A stretch of DNA of 64,000 bases from Candidatus Melainabacteria bacterium 17Bon1m (GTDB taxonomy: Bacteria > Cyanobacteriota > Vampirovibrionia > Obscuribacterales > Obscuribacteraceae), in contig JAVLKG010000004.1 of assembly GCA_032128875.1 (NCBI GenBank), positions 160,001 through 224,000 on the forward strand, in the 5' to 3' direction. Below, piece by piece: positions 47,320-56,706 of the stretch. A program made the translations under genes and the position numbers. Numbering within the stretch: the stretch's first letter is position 1; the number at the start of each line of letters is the position of its first letter. Under the pieces are notes generated by a model, which saw only the letters and a program-made list of their open reading frames with translations, did not search any database and was not told the DNA's origin.

Positions 47320-47880
47320 ATGCGTACAAAAAATTCTTTCCCGACAAAGGTTTCCCTGATAGCCCTCACCGCAACCTTGTTGGTATCACCAGCGATGGCG
47401 GCCGGTAATGTGCTGGAAGACAGTGTCTTTTCGACAGTCATGGTTGAAGCTTCTCCGCAGCAAGTCTATGAAGCGATTAAGATGCAACGGCAGGTAGATC
47501 CAGCGCGCAAGCAGGTTTCCTACATTGGCGCCGAGGCAGTTATTGACGAAAATTTCTCTGGGCTGCCTGTGATTGGCAGTGCCAAATGCATGTACAAAGA
47601 AATAGAAAGTTCTCCACGTAGCATCGAATATCGTCTGATGAGCTCAGACAAGTTCAAGCGTTTTGAAGGCTGCTGGACTCTCACTCCAGTCGAAGGTGGA
47701 AAGAAGACGGAGCTGAAGCTTTCCACTTATTTGGAGACCGGCGTTCATGTTCCCTTCGCCAGGCAGATAACAAACAATTCTGTGAAAAAGGACGTCTTGC
47801 GCCGCCTTGGACGTGTCAAAGTTCTAGCCGAAGCAACAACTGTCGGAATGAATCTCACTCACCTCAAAGCCACTAATTAA
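47320..47880 (+). CDS. Secreted SRPBCC/START-fold protein
   Basis: Signal peptide (AMA); V.ASPQQVY and FKRFEGCWTL motifs. Confidence 0.78.
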   Translation: MRTKNSFPTKVSLIALTATLLVSPAMAAGNVLEDSVFSTVMVEASPQQVYEAIKMQRQVDPARKQVSYIGAEAVIDENFSGLPVIGSAKCMYKEIESSPRSIEYRLMSSDKFKRFEGCWTLTPVEGGKKTELKLSTYLETGVHVPFARQITNNSVKKDVLRRLGRVKVLAEATTVGMNLTHLKATN

Positions 47881-47903
47881 GTGGTTTAGGCAAAGCTTTC
47901 AGA

Positions 47904-48380
47904 CTAGCCCCAGACAAACCAGGATCTGATCGTTCCCCAAATGGTTGGCTTTTGTTGGCGCAGTCCATCGACTTTGATGTTGCCTTCCGATATCCGGCGT
48001 TTTCCGCCAATCACAATCTCGTAGTAGAGAGGTTTATTGTTTTTTTGCGGATCGACTTCGGTGCGCAGCAAAATGTAATTGATGATGTTGTCGCGCTTCC
48101 AATAAGACAATTTCAGCGTCTTTGCTTCGCCGCCATCCTTGGGATTGCCGACTGACCATGAGGGTGCAACTGCCTTTGGATTGTCCGGGTCGTCAAAAGT
48201 GCTGTTAAAGATTGGATGCCCCCACTCTTTTCCGATTTCGCTAACCAGTGACTCGAATTTGCCTTCAAAGGTCTGTTTGACGTTGGAAACATGGGGAGAG
48301 GCACTCTCGACCACGTGCTCACGAACGCTAACGGAAGGATCCTTCAACAAAGCTTCCATTAGAGTGACGGTCTTAGACAT
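47904..48380 (-). CDS. Hypothetical protein
   Basis: 158-aa ORF with GAGG SD. Confidence 0.7.
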   Translation of the reverse strand: MSKTVTLMEALLKDPSVSVREHVVESASPHVSNVKQTFEGKFESLVSEIGKEWGHPIFNSTFDDPDNPKAVAPSWSVGNPKDGGEAKTLKLSYWKRDNIINYILLRTEVDPQKNNKPLYYEIVIGGKRRISEGNIKVDGLRQQKPTIWGTIRSWFVWG

Positions 48381-48547
48381 AGATCCTCACGCCGCAGTGT
48401 AATTAGGCGGCAGTTAGTGCTGTGTAGTAAGTCTGACCGGGATGCCAGGATTTTATATTCCCATTTTAGCAGCGCAACCAACCGAATTAGAGTCGGGGTG
48501 CCCCCAAAATTTCCTGGCGGACAAAACCCGACCAGAAGGTAACTGCA

Positions 48548-50008
48548 TTAGCCTTGATGCATTTTTTTCTGGCTGGCTGTAACAGCGGCTGATTTTTCTT
48601 TTGAGCGGCTTACCAACCAGTTTGAGATCGATGACACTACCTGTGGTTTTACAAACGACGTTCCGAGCAGAACGTGTCCACACTCTGGAAGGTAGACGAT
48701 AGTTTTGTTTTTCACATGCAGGTTTTTGTAAATCGTCTTGATTGTTTTAGGAGAAACAATTCGATCTTCTTCGCCTTGGATTATGAGAACAGAGATGTGG
48801 TCGGCGAGTTTGCCTGCAAATTTTGGAGTCGTGCTGATGAAATATCCAGTTTGCAGAACTTCTTTGCCGGTAAGTTCAGTTCTGGAGAGCGGGTCGTCGA
48901 CCATCTCTTTGCTCACACGATTGTCGTCGGAGGAGTAGCGCTTGATGTAGCGAGTAACATCCATCAGCCGGTCCAAGTGAGTGATGCCTTTGGCAAAATC
49001 TTTAGCGACCATGACCGGGTTGAAAGTGCATGGCTTGCTGCCCGGGCTTACCAAAACCAGTCCGTCGACCAATCCGGGATTGGCGCTGCCGGCGCGAACA
49101 GATACAGCTCCTCCGATACTCTCGCCGATGCAGAAGAGCGGCAAGGTCGGGTATTTGACACGAATATGAGTGAGAAGCACAATCAAATCATTGGTGCTGC
49201 GACTGTAATTGACATGATCGCCTTCATCGAAATTTGTCTGATTGTGATACCACCGGCCGTGCCCACGCATATCGTAGGCAATTACTTTGAAGCCGAGGCT
49301 GGAAAGATGGTTTGCGAAAAGCTCGAAGCTGCCTGAATGTTGAGTGGTGCCGTGGACCATGACCACTACACCTCGTGCAGGCATCATTGGATTTACCCAC
49401 TCGCGAACCGGCAATTTTAGTGCATCGAACTGCGGTCCAATCTTTCCAAAAGACGTATCTAAAAGTCCGCCGACTCTAGTTGTTTTCTGACCAACTGCCG
49501 GTCTTACAAAAAGCGATTCGTGCCCGGTTTGAGTCTCTTTGTTTTGATCTCTGGAGACGACTTCACCGGTCGAAGGTGAAATTGATTCGAGCATCTGCCA
49601 ACGAGGAGCGTCGACGGGATCTTTGTCGGCTTCGTTTGCAAAAGGCAGGGTGCCTGTAATTTTCAGCCGTGCCACCGGGTTTTCAGAATCGACCGGTTGC
49701 AGGCGAAGAACAGCAGCCGCGAGCTTTACGCTGTCTTGATTCTTGCCGTCATGTTTGCCTTGCAATTTGCCGTCAATAACCGAGATCGGTTCCTTATTCA
49801 CGACTGCCAATTTCGGGCTGATGTCGGAAAGCATTCTGTCTGCAACAAGGCTTGTATTTTGTTTTTTCTGTTTTTGCTTTTGCTTCGGCTTATGACCTTG
49901 CTTAGCATTTTGCTTCTGCTTTGCGTCTGCAGGCAGAGTGCTGAACGAGGCACCGCATAACACGCAGAGACTCAACATTATTGAAATAGCTGATGTTGCC
50001 GCTTTCAC
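48548..50008 (-). CDS. Secreted lysophospholipase-like hydrolase with an N-terminal extension
   Basis: Signal peptide; VHG, DMRGHG, GESIGG, QGEED and GH motifs. Confidence 0.87.
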   Translation of the reverse strand: MKAATSAISIMLSLCVLCGASFSTLPADAKQKQNAKQGHKPKQKQKQKKQNTSLVADRMLSDISPKLAVVNKEPISVIDGKLQGKHDGKNQDSVKLAAAVLRLQPVDSENPVARLKITGTLPFANEADKDPVDAPRWQMLESISPSTGEVVSRDQNKETQTGHESLFVRPAVGQKTTRVGGLLDTSFGKIGPQFDALKLPVREWVNPMMPARGVVVMVHGTTQHSGSFELFANHLSSLGFKVIAYDMRGHGRWYHNQTNFDEGDHVNYSRSTNDLIVLLTHIRVKYPTLPLFCIGESIGGAVSVRAGSANPGLVDGLVLVSPGSKPCTFNPVMVAKDFAKGITHLDRLMDVTRYIKRYSSDDNRVSKEMVDDPLSRTELTGKEVLQTGYFISTTPKFAGKLADHISVLIIQGEEDRIVSPKTIKTIYKNLHVKNKTIVYLPECGHVLLGTSFVKPQVVSSISNWLVSRSKEKSAAVTASQKKMHQG

Positions 50009-50370
50009 TGGCGCCCCAAAAGATCATTTCCTTCCAGACTCATTTACTTGTTTGGTGTACAAACCGTTTTAAGTGAGTGTGGAGCTGATTTGAAATCATC
50101 ACTTGACTTGCTGTTGTCGCATAGCCGGTCAATATCATTGCACAAAAGGAAGCCGTTCCCAGTGTCATTAAAGATCTTGAAAACTGCCGCTGCGATAGCC
50201 ACGGCGCCGTTTTTCATGCCGGGCGCAGGGATGAGACAAAATCCCCATATATAAGATAGATAGATTAAATCTAATGTTCTATAAGTCTAGCGTTACAGGT
50301 TTATAGGCTACCCGTCGCGACTGTAGTTCGATTCCCCGCCATACTGGCTTAAATCCCGGAGGTGTGGCGT

Positions 50371-50691
50371 ATGTATGCAGTAGGCGGCGAAAAACCGAAG
50401 GCGGGCTCGACAGCCTTTACGAAGGCGAGCGTTCAGTCCAGTACTTTAGGCAATGAACATACAGCCATCTGGCTTAAATCCTGCGACAGCCCAGCCCGTT
50501 TCTATTTAGACCGTCTCGAAGGCAAGCCTCTGAACCATAATGTTGAACTTCCCGCCGTGAGAAGCAAGGGCAAACACACTCCCTCTCGCCTTCGCCGCAT
50601 GCAAAAGCCGCGCGGGATTCGCTCCGGATTTACCGATTGCATACGCTGGCTGCTTGCTTGGCGCTTGCTGGGACCGATTTTCGCCTTTTAG
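50371..50691 (+). CDS. Small basic hypothetical protein
   Basis: GGAGG 8 nt before ATG 50371; hydrophobic C-terminus. Confidence 0.5.
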   Translation: MYAVGGEKPKAGSTAFTKASVQSSTLGNEHTAIWLKSCDSPARFYLDRLEGKPLNHNVELPAVRSKGKHTPSRLRRMQKPRGIRSGFTDCIRWLLAWRLLGPIFAF

Positions 50692-50874
50692 TTCTTTTTT
50701 GACAGTACTTTCCGAATGTAAACAATAGGGCATCTCATCGAGGTTCCTGGGGAAAATTCTGCGTTTGCGGGTATGGGATAAGCGGCATCTGCTGCAGCTT
50801 GTGTCTCATAAACATGAACGCGTTGCAATTCTCTGCAAGCTAAGACGCCTGATAGAAGGCGCGCTATAGGAAGT

Positions 50875-51624
50875 TTGCCTTTGGAATTCGATCCCCGCTA
50901 TTTGGCGCCGCTGGCTACCTGCATAGGTATCTGCGTTACGGTTTACCTGTTTCTTTTGCAGCGCAGAAAGCAACTTTCTTACGATGTGCTTTGGCGGCAG
51001 CAATTGGTCGAGATGAAGGGCAAGACCCGCCATCGTATTGATTTGCGCTTCGATGGAAACCCCGCACGCGATGCAAGTTTTGTGGTTGTTCGGCTGATTA
51101 ATACCGGGCACGTCAACATAATGCCGGGCGATTTTCAGGTTCGCTTGAGCCTGAACTGCGGCTCTGCTGCCGACATTCTTATGGCCGAGGTCGTCGAAAC
51201 CGAGCCGATGGGTCTGAACGATGACCCCACGACCGGACCTATTATTGAGCGAATTGAGAAGACTAAAGTGCATTTACGTCCCATGATGCTTAACCGCCAC
51301 GATTCGGTGACGCTTCAGTTGCTCGTCAATCAGCCCGACGAAAAAATTGTCTTGAATGGACATATTCAAGGAATTAAGAGGATTGAGGAGAGAAAGGGAC
51401 GCCCGCTGACTCCGGTGATCATGATTTTTGTCGGACAGAGTATTGCCTGGATGACGATGTTTTTTCTTACTCCGCAGATGTTTTTTCCCTTTCAATTCAC
51501 TGAGGTTGTCCCTCTTCTTTTCACATTTTTGACCGGACAGGTGCTTTTTGTATGCGGCTTGCATTTAGAACGGCAGCAGTCGCATGTGCGGCAGGGGCAG
51601 TCATGGAGCGGTGCTTTTGACTGA
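50875..51624 (+). CDS. Hypothetical membrane protein
   Basis: N-terminal TM, beta-rich domain and two C-terminal TMs. Confidence 0.75.
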   Translation: MPLEFDPRYLAPLATCIGICVTVYLFLLQRRKQLSYDVLWRQQLVEMKGKTRHRIDLRFDGNPARDASFVVVRLINTGHVNIMPGDFQVRLSLNCGSAADILMAEVVETEPMGLNDDPTTGPIIERIEKTKVHLRPMMLNRHDSVTLQLLVNQPDEKIVLNGHIQGIKRIEERKGRPLTPVIMIFVGQSIAWMTMFFLTPQMFFPFQFTEVVPLLFTFLTGQVLFVCGLHLERQQSHVRQGQSWSGAFD

Positions 51625-51673
51625 TTCGAGCGTAATTAGCCGTAATTCGATTTTGAAGTGATCGAGGAAGTGT

Positions 51674-53314
51674 ATGAAGATTGGACCAAAAATTAGCAGT
51701 ATCGCGGGCGGTGTATTTTTTATTTTGCTGCTGACTGGATATTCGAGTTTTGTTTGCGTACAAAATTTAATCGACAGCAATAAAACCGCTCTCAAGACTG
51801 TCAAAACCCTTCGCGAACTGGAAAACCTGCTTGGGCGGGTCGCTGATTTCGAAAGCAACGGTCGGGGCTATGTTTTGTCCGGTGACAGAGACTTTATTCA
51901 ATTAAACGAGGCTTCGCTAAAGGAAGTCGAAGATTCAATCAACACGCTAAATGAGTTGACCAAGGACGAACCGGAGCGCGCTAAGAATTTAGCCGAGCTA
52001 TTGCCACTGGTTCAAAGCAAGGTTGAATTTAGCAAATCATTGATGAACACTATGCGTTTAAAGGGAAGTGCAGAAGCCATTGCGCTTTTTAAGACTGAGC
52101 GTGGAAGGATGCTCATGGATGAAATACGGCATAAAGTCAGCGATCGCGTGGCTTTCGAAGAAGAGGTCCTTCAAAAGCAGCTGGCAAATTCTAAGTCCAC
52201 GGCAAACAGCACATTCTTTTCCACCATATCTGGTGGCATCTTGGCTCTAGTTTTTGTGTCACTCTGGAGTTTCATTATCGTTCAGGGACTGCTCAATCCA
52301 ATACAAAGGCTTGGCCGCGCAATGGAAAAGGTTGGTGCCGGACGTTTTGAGCCTGTTACCGGCATTGACGCAAGAGATGAACTGGGCGATCTTTCTTCCA
52401 CCTTCAATAATATGGTTAACGGGTTGAGAAGAATTGAAGAAACTTACATTGGCAATAACGGCAACTCACCAGCACACGCAATCTCTCTGGTGCGGCAACA
52501 CGTTCACGCATTCAGTTTCGTCATCAATGATTTGCTTGAAGCTTCCAATCAGCTTTCTAACGGCTTTGAGGGGCAACCGGAAGAGCTTCAAACATCGCTT
52601 GAGCAAATCAGAATCTTAAGCAGGCAGTCGAAAGAGACTTGCGATTTGATCGATGAAATTGCCCAACGCTTGACTCGCTCTGATGAGTTGCGTCGCACTG
52701 GACATCGTACTCTCGACGAGATAGATGAGCAAGTCAATCGAGTTTTGACCGAAGCCGATTCTTCAGTGCAACGTGTAAAAGGGCTTGCAGAGCGCATTCA
52801 CGATTTAGATGGATTGTCCGTAATTATGGACGATATGGCAAACCGAGTCGGCATTCTTTCCATGAGTTCTCAAATCGAAGCCAAAAAGAATGGCGGTGGA
52901 TTTGAAGCTTTCGCTGATGAAATGAAGGACTTGGCAGAGCGTATGCGTCAAGAAAGCGTCAAGGTGAAGCATCTTCTATTTACAATGGAGCGAACCATTT
53001 ATAGGGCTGCCGACGACAACGAGCAAGCGCAAGAAGTAATGCGAAAGGCGATTACAGTGATCGGCCAGTTGCACACAAAGCTCGACACTTTATTGGAGCC
53101 AATTACCGAGGCGGGCACACGAGCGCATACGCTCGAGGAGCGATTGGAAAGACAGAGACATCAAATTATGGAATTCGAGCACATACTAGAGCGAGCAAAC
53201 CTGACTTCCGAACAGAAGCAGTTTTTCATCAAGCAGGTCAATTCGACCGCGCAGGAAGTGAACAACTTTGGCACTGAGCTGGGCGTCTTGCTTGAAAAGC
53301 CCTCTTCTTCGTAG
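51674..53314 (+). CDS. Methyl-accepting chemotaxis-like protein (CHASE3-HAMP-degenerate MA domain)
   Basis: TM-CHASE3 (ESNGRGYVLSGD)-TM-HAMP (DELGDLSSTFNNM)-coiled coil with an MCP-like tip. Confidence 0.85.
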   Translation: MKIGPKISSIAGGVFFILLLTGYSSFVCVQNLIDSNKTALKTVKTLRELENLLGRVADFESNGRGYVLSGDRDFIQLNEASLKEVEDSINTLNELTKDEPERAKNLAELLPLVQSKVEFSKSLMNTMRLKGSAEAIALFKTERGRMLMDEIRHKVSDRVAFEEEVLQKQLANSKSTANSTFFSTISGGILALVFVSLWSFIIVQGLLNPIQRLGRAMEKVGAGRFEPVTGIDARDELGDLSSTFNNMVNGLRRIEETYIGNNGNSPAHAISLVRQHVHAFSFVINDLLEASNQLSNGFEGQPEELQTSLEQIRILSRQSKETCDLIDEIAQRLTRSDELRRTGHRTLDEIDEQVNRVLTEADSSVQRVKGLAERIHDLDGLSVIMDDMANRVGILSMSSQIEAKKNGGGFEAFADEMKDLAERMRQESVKVKHLLFTMERTIYRAADDNEQAQEVMRKAITVIGQLHTKLDTLLEPITEAGTRAHTLEERLERQRHQIMEFEHILERANLTSEQKQFFIKQVNSTAQEVNNFGTELGVLLEKPSSS

Positions 53315-53341
53315 TATTCTTCGAGCGCTTCGAGGTGCACT

Positions 53342-53635
53342 ATGAAAGACTGGCATTGGATTTTGGTTTTCGCGTCAATTTTGATTACGCCTTTCTTACC
53401 TGCTTTGATGAAGGCGAAATGCCCTGAGTGCAAGAAGCGCAAGCTCAATTCGTTAGACACTCTGCGCGATTACAATGTAGAAGGCGAGCAGCGCGTCTAC
53501 AACACCTTCCATCGGTGTGATGCTTGCCTGACCTATTTCAAGGCCGTGAATAGTAAGCCGATGACGGTGAGTTCGCACGAAGAGTACGAAGATGCTGTGC
53601 GCGAGACTCAAGCACGCCAGCCGGTTGCACCATAA
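53342..53635 (+). CDS. Small membrane-anchored zinc-ribbon protein
   Basis: N-terminal TM; CPEC ... CDAC; GAGGTG SD. Confidence 0.72.
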   Translation: MKDWHWILVFASILITPFLPALMKAKCPECKKRKLNSLDTLRDYNVEGEQRVYNTFHRCDACLTYFKAVNSKPMTVSSHEEYEDAVRETQARQPVAP

Positions 53636-53638
53636 AAG

Positions 53639-53665
53639 GAAGAGGAGGTCTTTCGCCTCCTCTTC
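53639..53665. terminator. Terminator hairpin between convergent genes
   Basis: GAAGAGGAGG/CCTCCTCTTC stem. Confidence 0.7.
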
Positions 53666-53708
53666 AAAAGCTATTCGGTTTTTTTGGCTAAAAACTATGA
53701 GTTAGCGA

Positions 53709-53936
53709 TCATGCTGTCTCTGCCAGCAGTTTTGCCAGCTCATCTTGCAGTTGAGCAAGCACATTATCGAATCGCTTATGGCAATCCGTGTGCAAGGGAT
53801 TTTCGGCGAATTTAGTGTCATGTACCGCTTTCTCTGACTCCAAATTGCGAATCAAACCTTTGATATGAGCGGCGTTAGCACCTTCGCCAAAGTCGACGCC
53901 GGATTGGACTTTTCTTGTGTCTGTATCGTTTGTCAT
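53709..53936 (-). CDS. Small hypothetical protein
   Basis: 75-aa helical ORF from ATG 53936. Confidence 0.6.
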   Translation of the reverse strand: MTNDTDTRKVQSGVDFGEGANAAHIKGLIRNLESEKAVHDTKFAENPLHTDCHKRFDNVLAQLQDELAKLLAETA

Positions 53937-54294
53937 AGTGAATCTACCCGGGATACCGAGGAACAGGCAAGAACTATACAACCTCATCGTCGTTTAAGAC
54001 CGTCCAATGGTGGTTTCTGAGATATATTTCGATTTGTTGCTGTATTCGATTAGTCGCTGCTTATGCTGAACCAAACTTAAAGCTGGCGTTTTTCCCACCG
54101 TCATGGCGCGCAGATAAGGGATCTGTCTTATTGGATACGCAGGTCGTTTTTCGAGAGCTGGAAAAACGCTCAAAAGCTACTATTGGTGAGCAAATTTCCT
54201 GTTGACTGCCTGCTGCCAAACTAATAGGATTGAGGCAAATCTGCGCATCAAAGCGCATTTCCTCAAGCCCGATGAGAAGCCTGTAAGAAACCTA

Positions 54295-55485
54295 ATGGAA
54301 CCATCCGTGATACCAACAATTTCCTCCAGCCCTGCTCCGTCAGCAAGCAATTCGTCTTCCAAATCGCAGTCTCTGCCAAATGATGGCATTGAAGAAATCG
54401 CTGAAGGTTCGGCAGAAAATACTACTCTTGAAAGACCTGCCCTGGTGGGAACCAGCTGGGTCAAAAACATCTGGTATTTCGCTTTGCCCAGCGACCACGT
54501 GAAGAAGGGCAAGACGGTATCCATGCAACTTTTGGGCGACCTGATATTGATAGGACGCAAGTCTGACGGCACAGTGTTTGCAATGCGCGACATTTGCCCC
54601 CACCAAGGAGCGCCGCTCAGCTTTGGTGATTTTGACGGCAAAGACGTCTCATGCCCGTTCCATGGCTGGAAATTTGATTCTGAAGGCGTTTGCACTGATA
54701 TTCCGGCGCTCTGTAGCGATCAGAAGATCAATATCTGCAAAATCAAAACACGGTCGTATCCGTGCCGCGAAGCCGACGGCAACATCTGGTTGTATTACGG
54801 AGAGTCTCGCGCAGAGTTGCCTGAGATTCCGCGTGCAAATGGTCTTGACGGTCTCAAATACGATCAGACCGTGTCTAGAGTGATCGTGCCTACTCACATG
54901 GATTACGCTGTAGTGGCGCTTATTGACCCTGCTCACGTACCCTACGTCCACAAATCCTGGTGGTGGCGCAACAGCAAAGCCCTCAAGGAGAAAAAGAAGC
55001 ATTACGTTCCATCCGGCACCGGTTGGACAATGGTGAAGCACAGTCCGTCCAAGGGCTCTTTCATCTTCAAGCTTTTGGGTGATTTTATGGAGACTGAAAT
55101 CGCATTTCGTCTGCCTGGATGCCGCACAGAATACATCACGCTTTTCGGGCGCACGCTGGTGGCTAGTATGACCACTGTCACACCGATTGATGACACTAAC
55201 TGCGAGCTTAATCACACCTCTTACTGGACTATTCCCGGTATCAAATGGTTCTTAAAACCAATCGTCAATGCAATTGCGGACGAATTCCTGGGCCAAGACC
55301 TCCAAATAGCCCAACGTCAGCAGATTGGACTTAAGTTCAAGCCGAAATTGACCATGATCGTCAAAGATTCAGGGCTACCGGGCAGCTGGTACTTCCAGGG
55401 CAAGCGCGAATGGAATAATGCGACCGAAGAAGGGCGCCCGTTCGTCAATCCCGTCAAAGAGAAAGTCTTGCGCTGGATGACCTAA
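54295..55485 (+). CDS. Rieske non-heme iron oxygenase alpha subunit (VanA/PaO-like)
   Basis: CPHQG...CPFHG Rieske ligands; DPAHVPYVH mononuclear Fe site; QD. Confidence 0.92.
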   Translation: MEPSVIPTISSSPAPSASNSSSKSQSLPNDGIEEIAEGSAENTTLERPALVGTSWVKNIWYFALPSDHVKKGKTVSMQLLGDLILIGRKSDGTVFAMRDICPHQGAPLSFGDFDGKDVSCPFHGWKFDSEGVCTDIPALCSDQKINICKIKTRSYPCREADGNIWLYYGESRAELPEIPRANGLDGLKYDQTVSRVIVPTHMDYAVVALIDPAHVPYVHKSWWWRNSKALKEKKKHYVPSGTGWTMVKHSPSKGSFIFKLLGDFMETEIAFRLPGCRTEYITLFGRTLVASMTTVTPIDDTNCELNHTSYWTIPGIKWFLKPIVNAIADEFLGQDLQIAQRQQIGLKFKPKLTMIVKDSGLPGSWYFQGKREWNNATEEGRPFVNPVKEKVLRWMT

Positions 55486-55552
55486 AGGATCTACCGAAGA
55501 GATCGAACTAAAAGATTGAACTAGTAGATCGCCAAAAATTCAGCCCAAAAGC

Positions 55553-55581
55553 AAACGGCGAAGCTTCTTGCCTCGCCGTTT
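55553..55581. terminator. Bidirectional terminator hairpin
   Basis: AAACGGCGA/TCGCCGTTT stem between convergent genes. Confidence 0.65.
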
Positions 55582-55623
55582 AATACATCTAGTTGGTCTG
55601 GGCATCGGATGTCCCAGGAAACT

Positions 55624-56445
55624 CTAGCCCTCGTCCTTTTTTCCTTTCAGACTGAAGACCTCGTTCGTGAGTCCGATGTTGACTTTGACGTCTTTCCAAT
55701 CGGTCGATGAGAAGAGTTGGTCTTGTCTATATAGATTCCATTGCTCAGGCAGACCAGTCTTCTGATCGATGAAGACGCGCTGTGTGAGGTCTTTTTGTTT
55801 GTCGTTGTCTACTTGCTGGTACACTTCGAGAACATATACTTTCTCGCCTGTGTGCGCCACCGTAACTGGTGCCGGTGTGACCAAGCAGGTCGCACCCTGG
55901 CTGATTTGTTTTTGCAGGTCTTTGAGCAAGGTCTCGTAGTCTGAATTCATCATTGAAAAACCGTTTGCTGACTTAAGCAAGCCGGAATCCTTTCCGATGG
56001 TTCCGCTGAACATCTTGAGCATTCCGCCCAAATGTCCTCTCACTTTACCGTCAGTACCAAGAACAGCAACTGCGCCTTTCTTCGCGCCTTCTGTCACTTC
56101 CATTTTCATCAAGCTCGGGCGCTTGTAATAGAACTGGCCCTCTTCTTTGATGACCTTGCCGTCGCGGAAAGTGTTGATTACGCATTTGAAAGTATAGTCA
56201 TTGGCATTTGTAGCGGTTTTGCTCATCGATTGAACAAAATCGCGTCCGTCCTTCATTTGGCCGAATTCCATCTTCTTCGGAAGATCGTGCATCAGGTTAG
56301 CCTGCACTTTCACATCCTTATCATCTTTGGCCGTGGCGCCAATGCTGCCGGAAACCGAGCTGAGAACCACCATGCTCAAAAGCACGTTCATACAGCGGCG
56401 GGTTTTGGAGTTCTTTGAGATGCTTGGGAATGAAACAAAGCTCAT
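55624..56445 (-). CDS. LolA-like / outer-membrane lipoprotein-sorting fold protein
   Basis: Signal peptide; FYYKRP...KME, VFID..TGLP and VN.GL..EVF motifs. Confidence 0.75.
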   Translation of the reverse strand: MSFVSFPSISKNSKTRRCMNVLLSMVVLSSVSGSIGATAKDDKDVKVQANLMHDLPKKMEFGQMKDGRDFVQSMSKTATNANDYTFKCVINTFRDGKVIKEEGQFYYKRPSLMKMEVTEGAKKGAVAVLGTDGKVRGHLGGMLKMFSGTIGKDSGLLKSANGFSMMNSDYETLLKDLQKQISQGATCLVTPAPVTVAHTGEKVYVLEVYQQVDNDKQKDLTQRVFIDQKTGLPEQWNLYRQDQLFSSTDWKDVKVNIGLTNEVFSLKGKKDEG

Positions 56446-56706
56446 GAATTAAAAAACCTCGAGTAGCCAAATTAACCAATATCGTTTTTACCAGACTGTC
56501 CGGAAGTTTTCCAGGGTAATCAAGTCCACCCAAATCCTGCAGAAATTAGGGGCAATCGCCGAAAGAGTGCTAATACTTGCCATCTTCAGGCTTTTTATGC
56601 TGATTAAGGGCTTTATTGTCTTCTTAAAGATGAGCTATATATCTCAATCGAAGTAACAATTCTGCCGGCTTGGCGTCTGCCGCCACCTATCTTTTGGATA
56701 TCGGAT

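Noticed and set aside
50300-50345. GTTCGATTCCC resembling a tRNA/tmRNA T-loop
   Set aside because: No T-stem, acceptor stem or D arm could be built around it.
50373-50685. Scattered long-range complementarity suggesting a large ncRNA such as 6S
   Set aside because: The pairings are short and mutually inconsistent, and a good SD plus ORF explains the region.
52140-52147. HIP1 octamer GCGATCGC
   Set aside because: I noticed only this copy by eye; there is no sign of the over-representation typical of oxygenic cyanobacteria.
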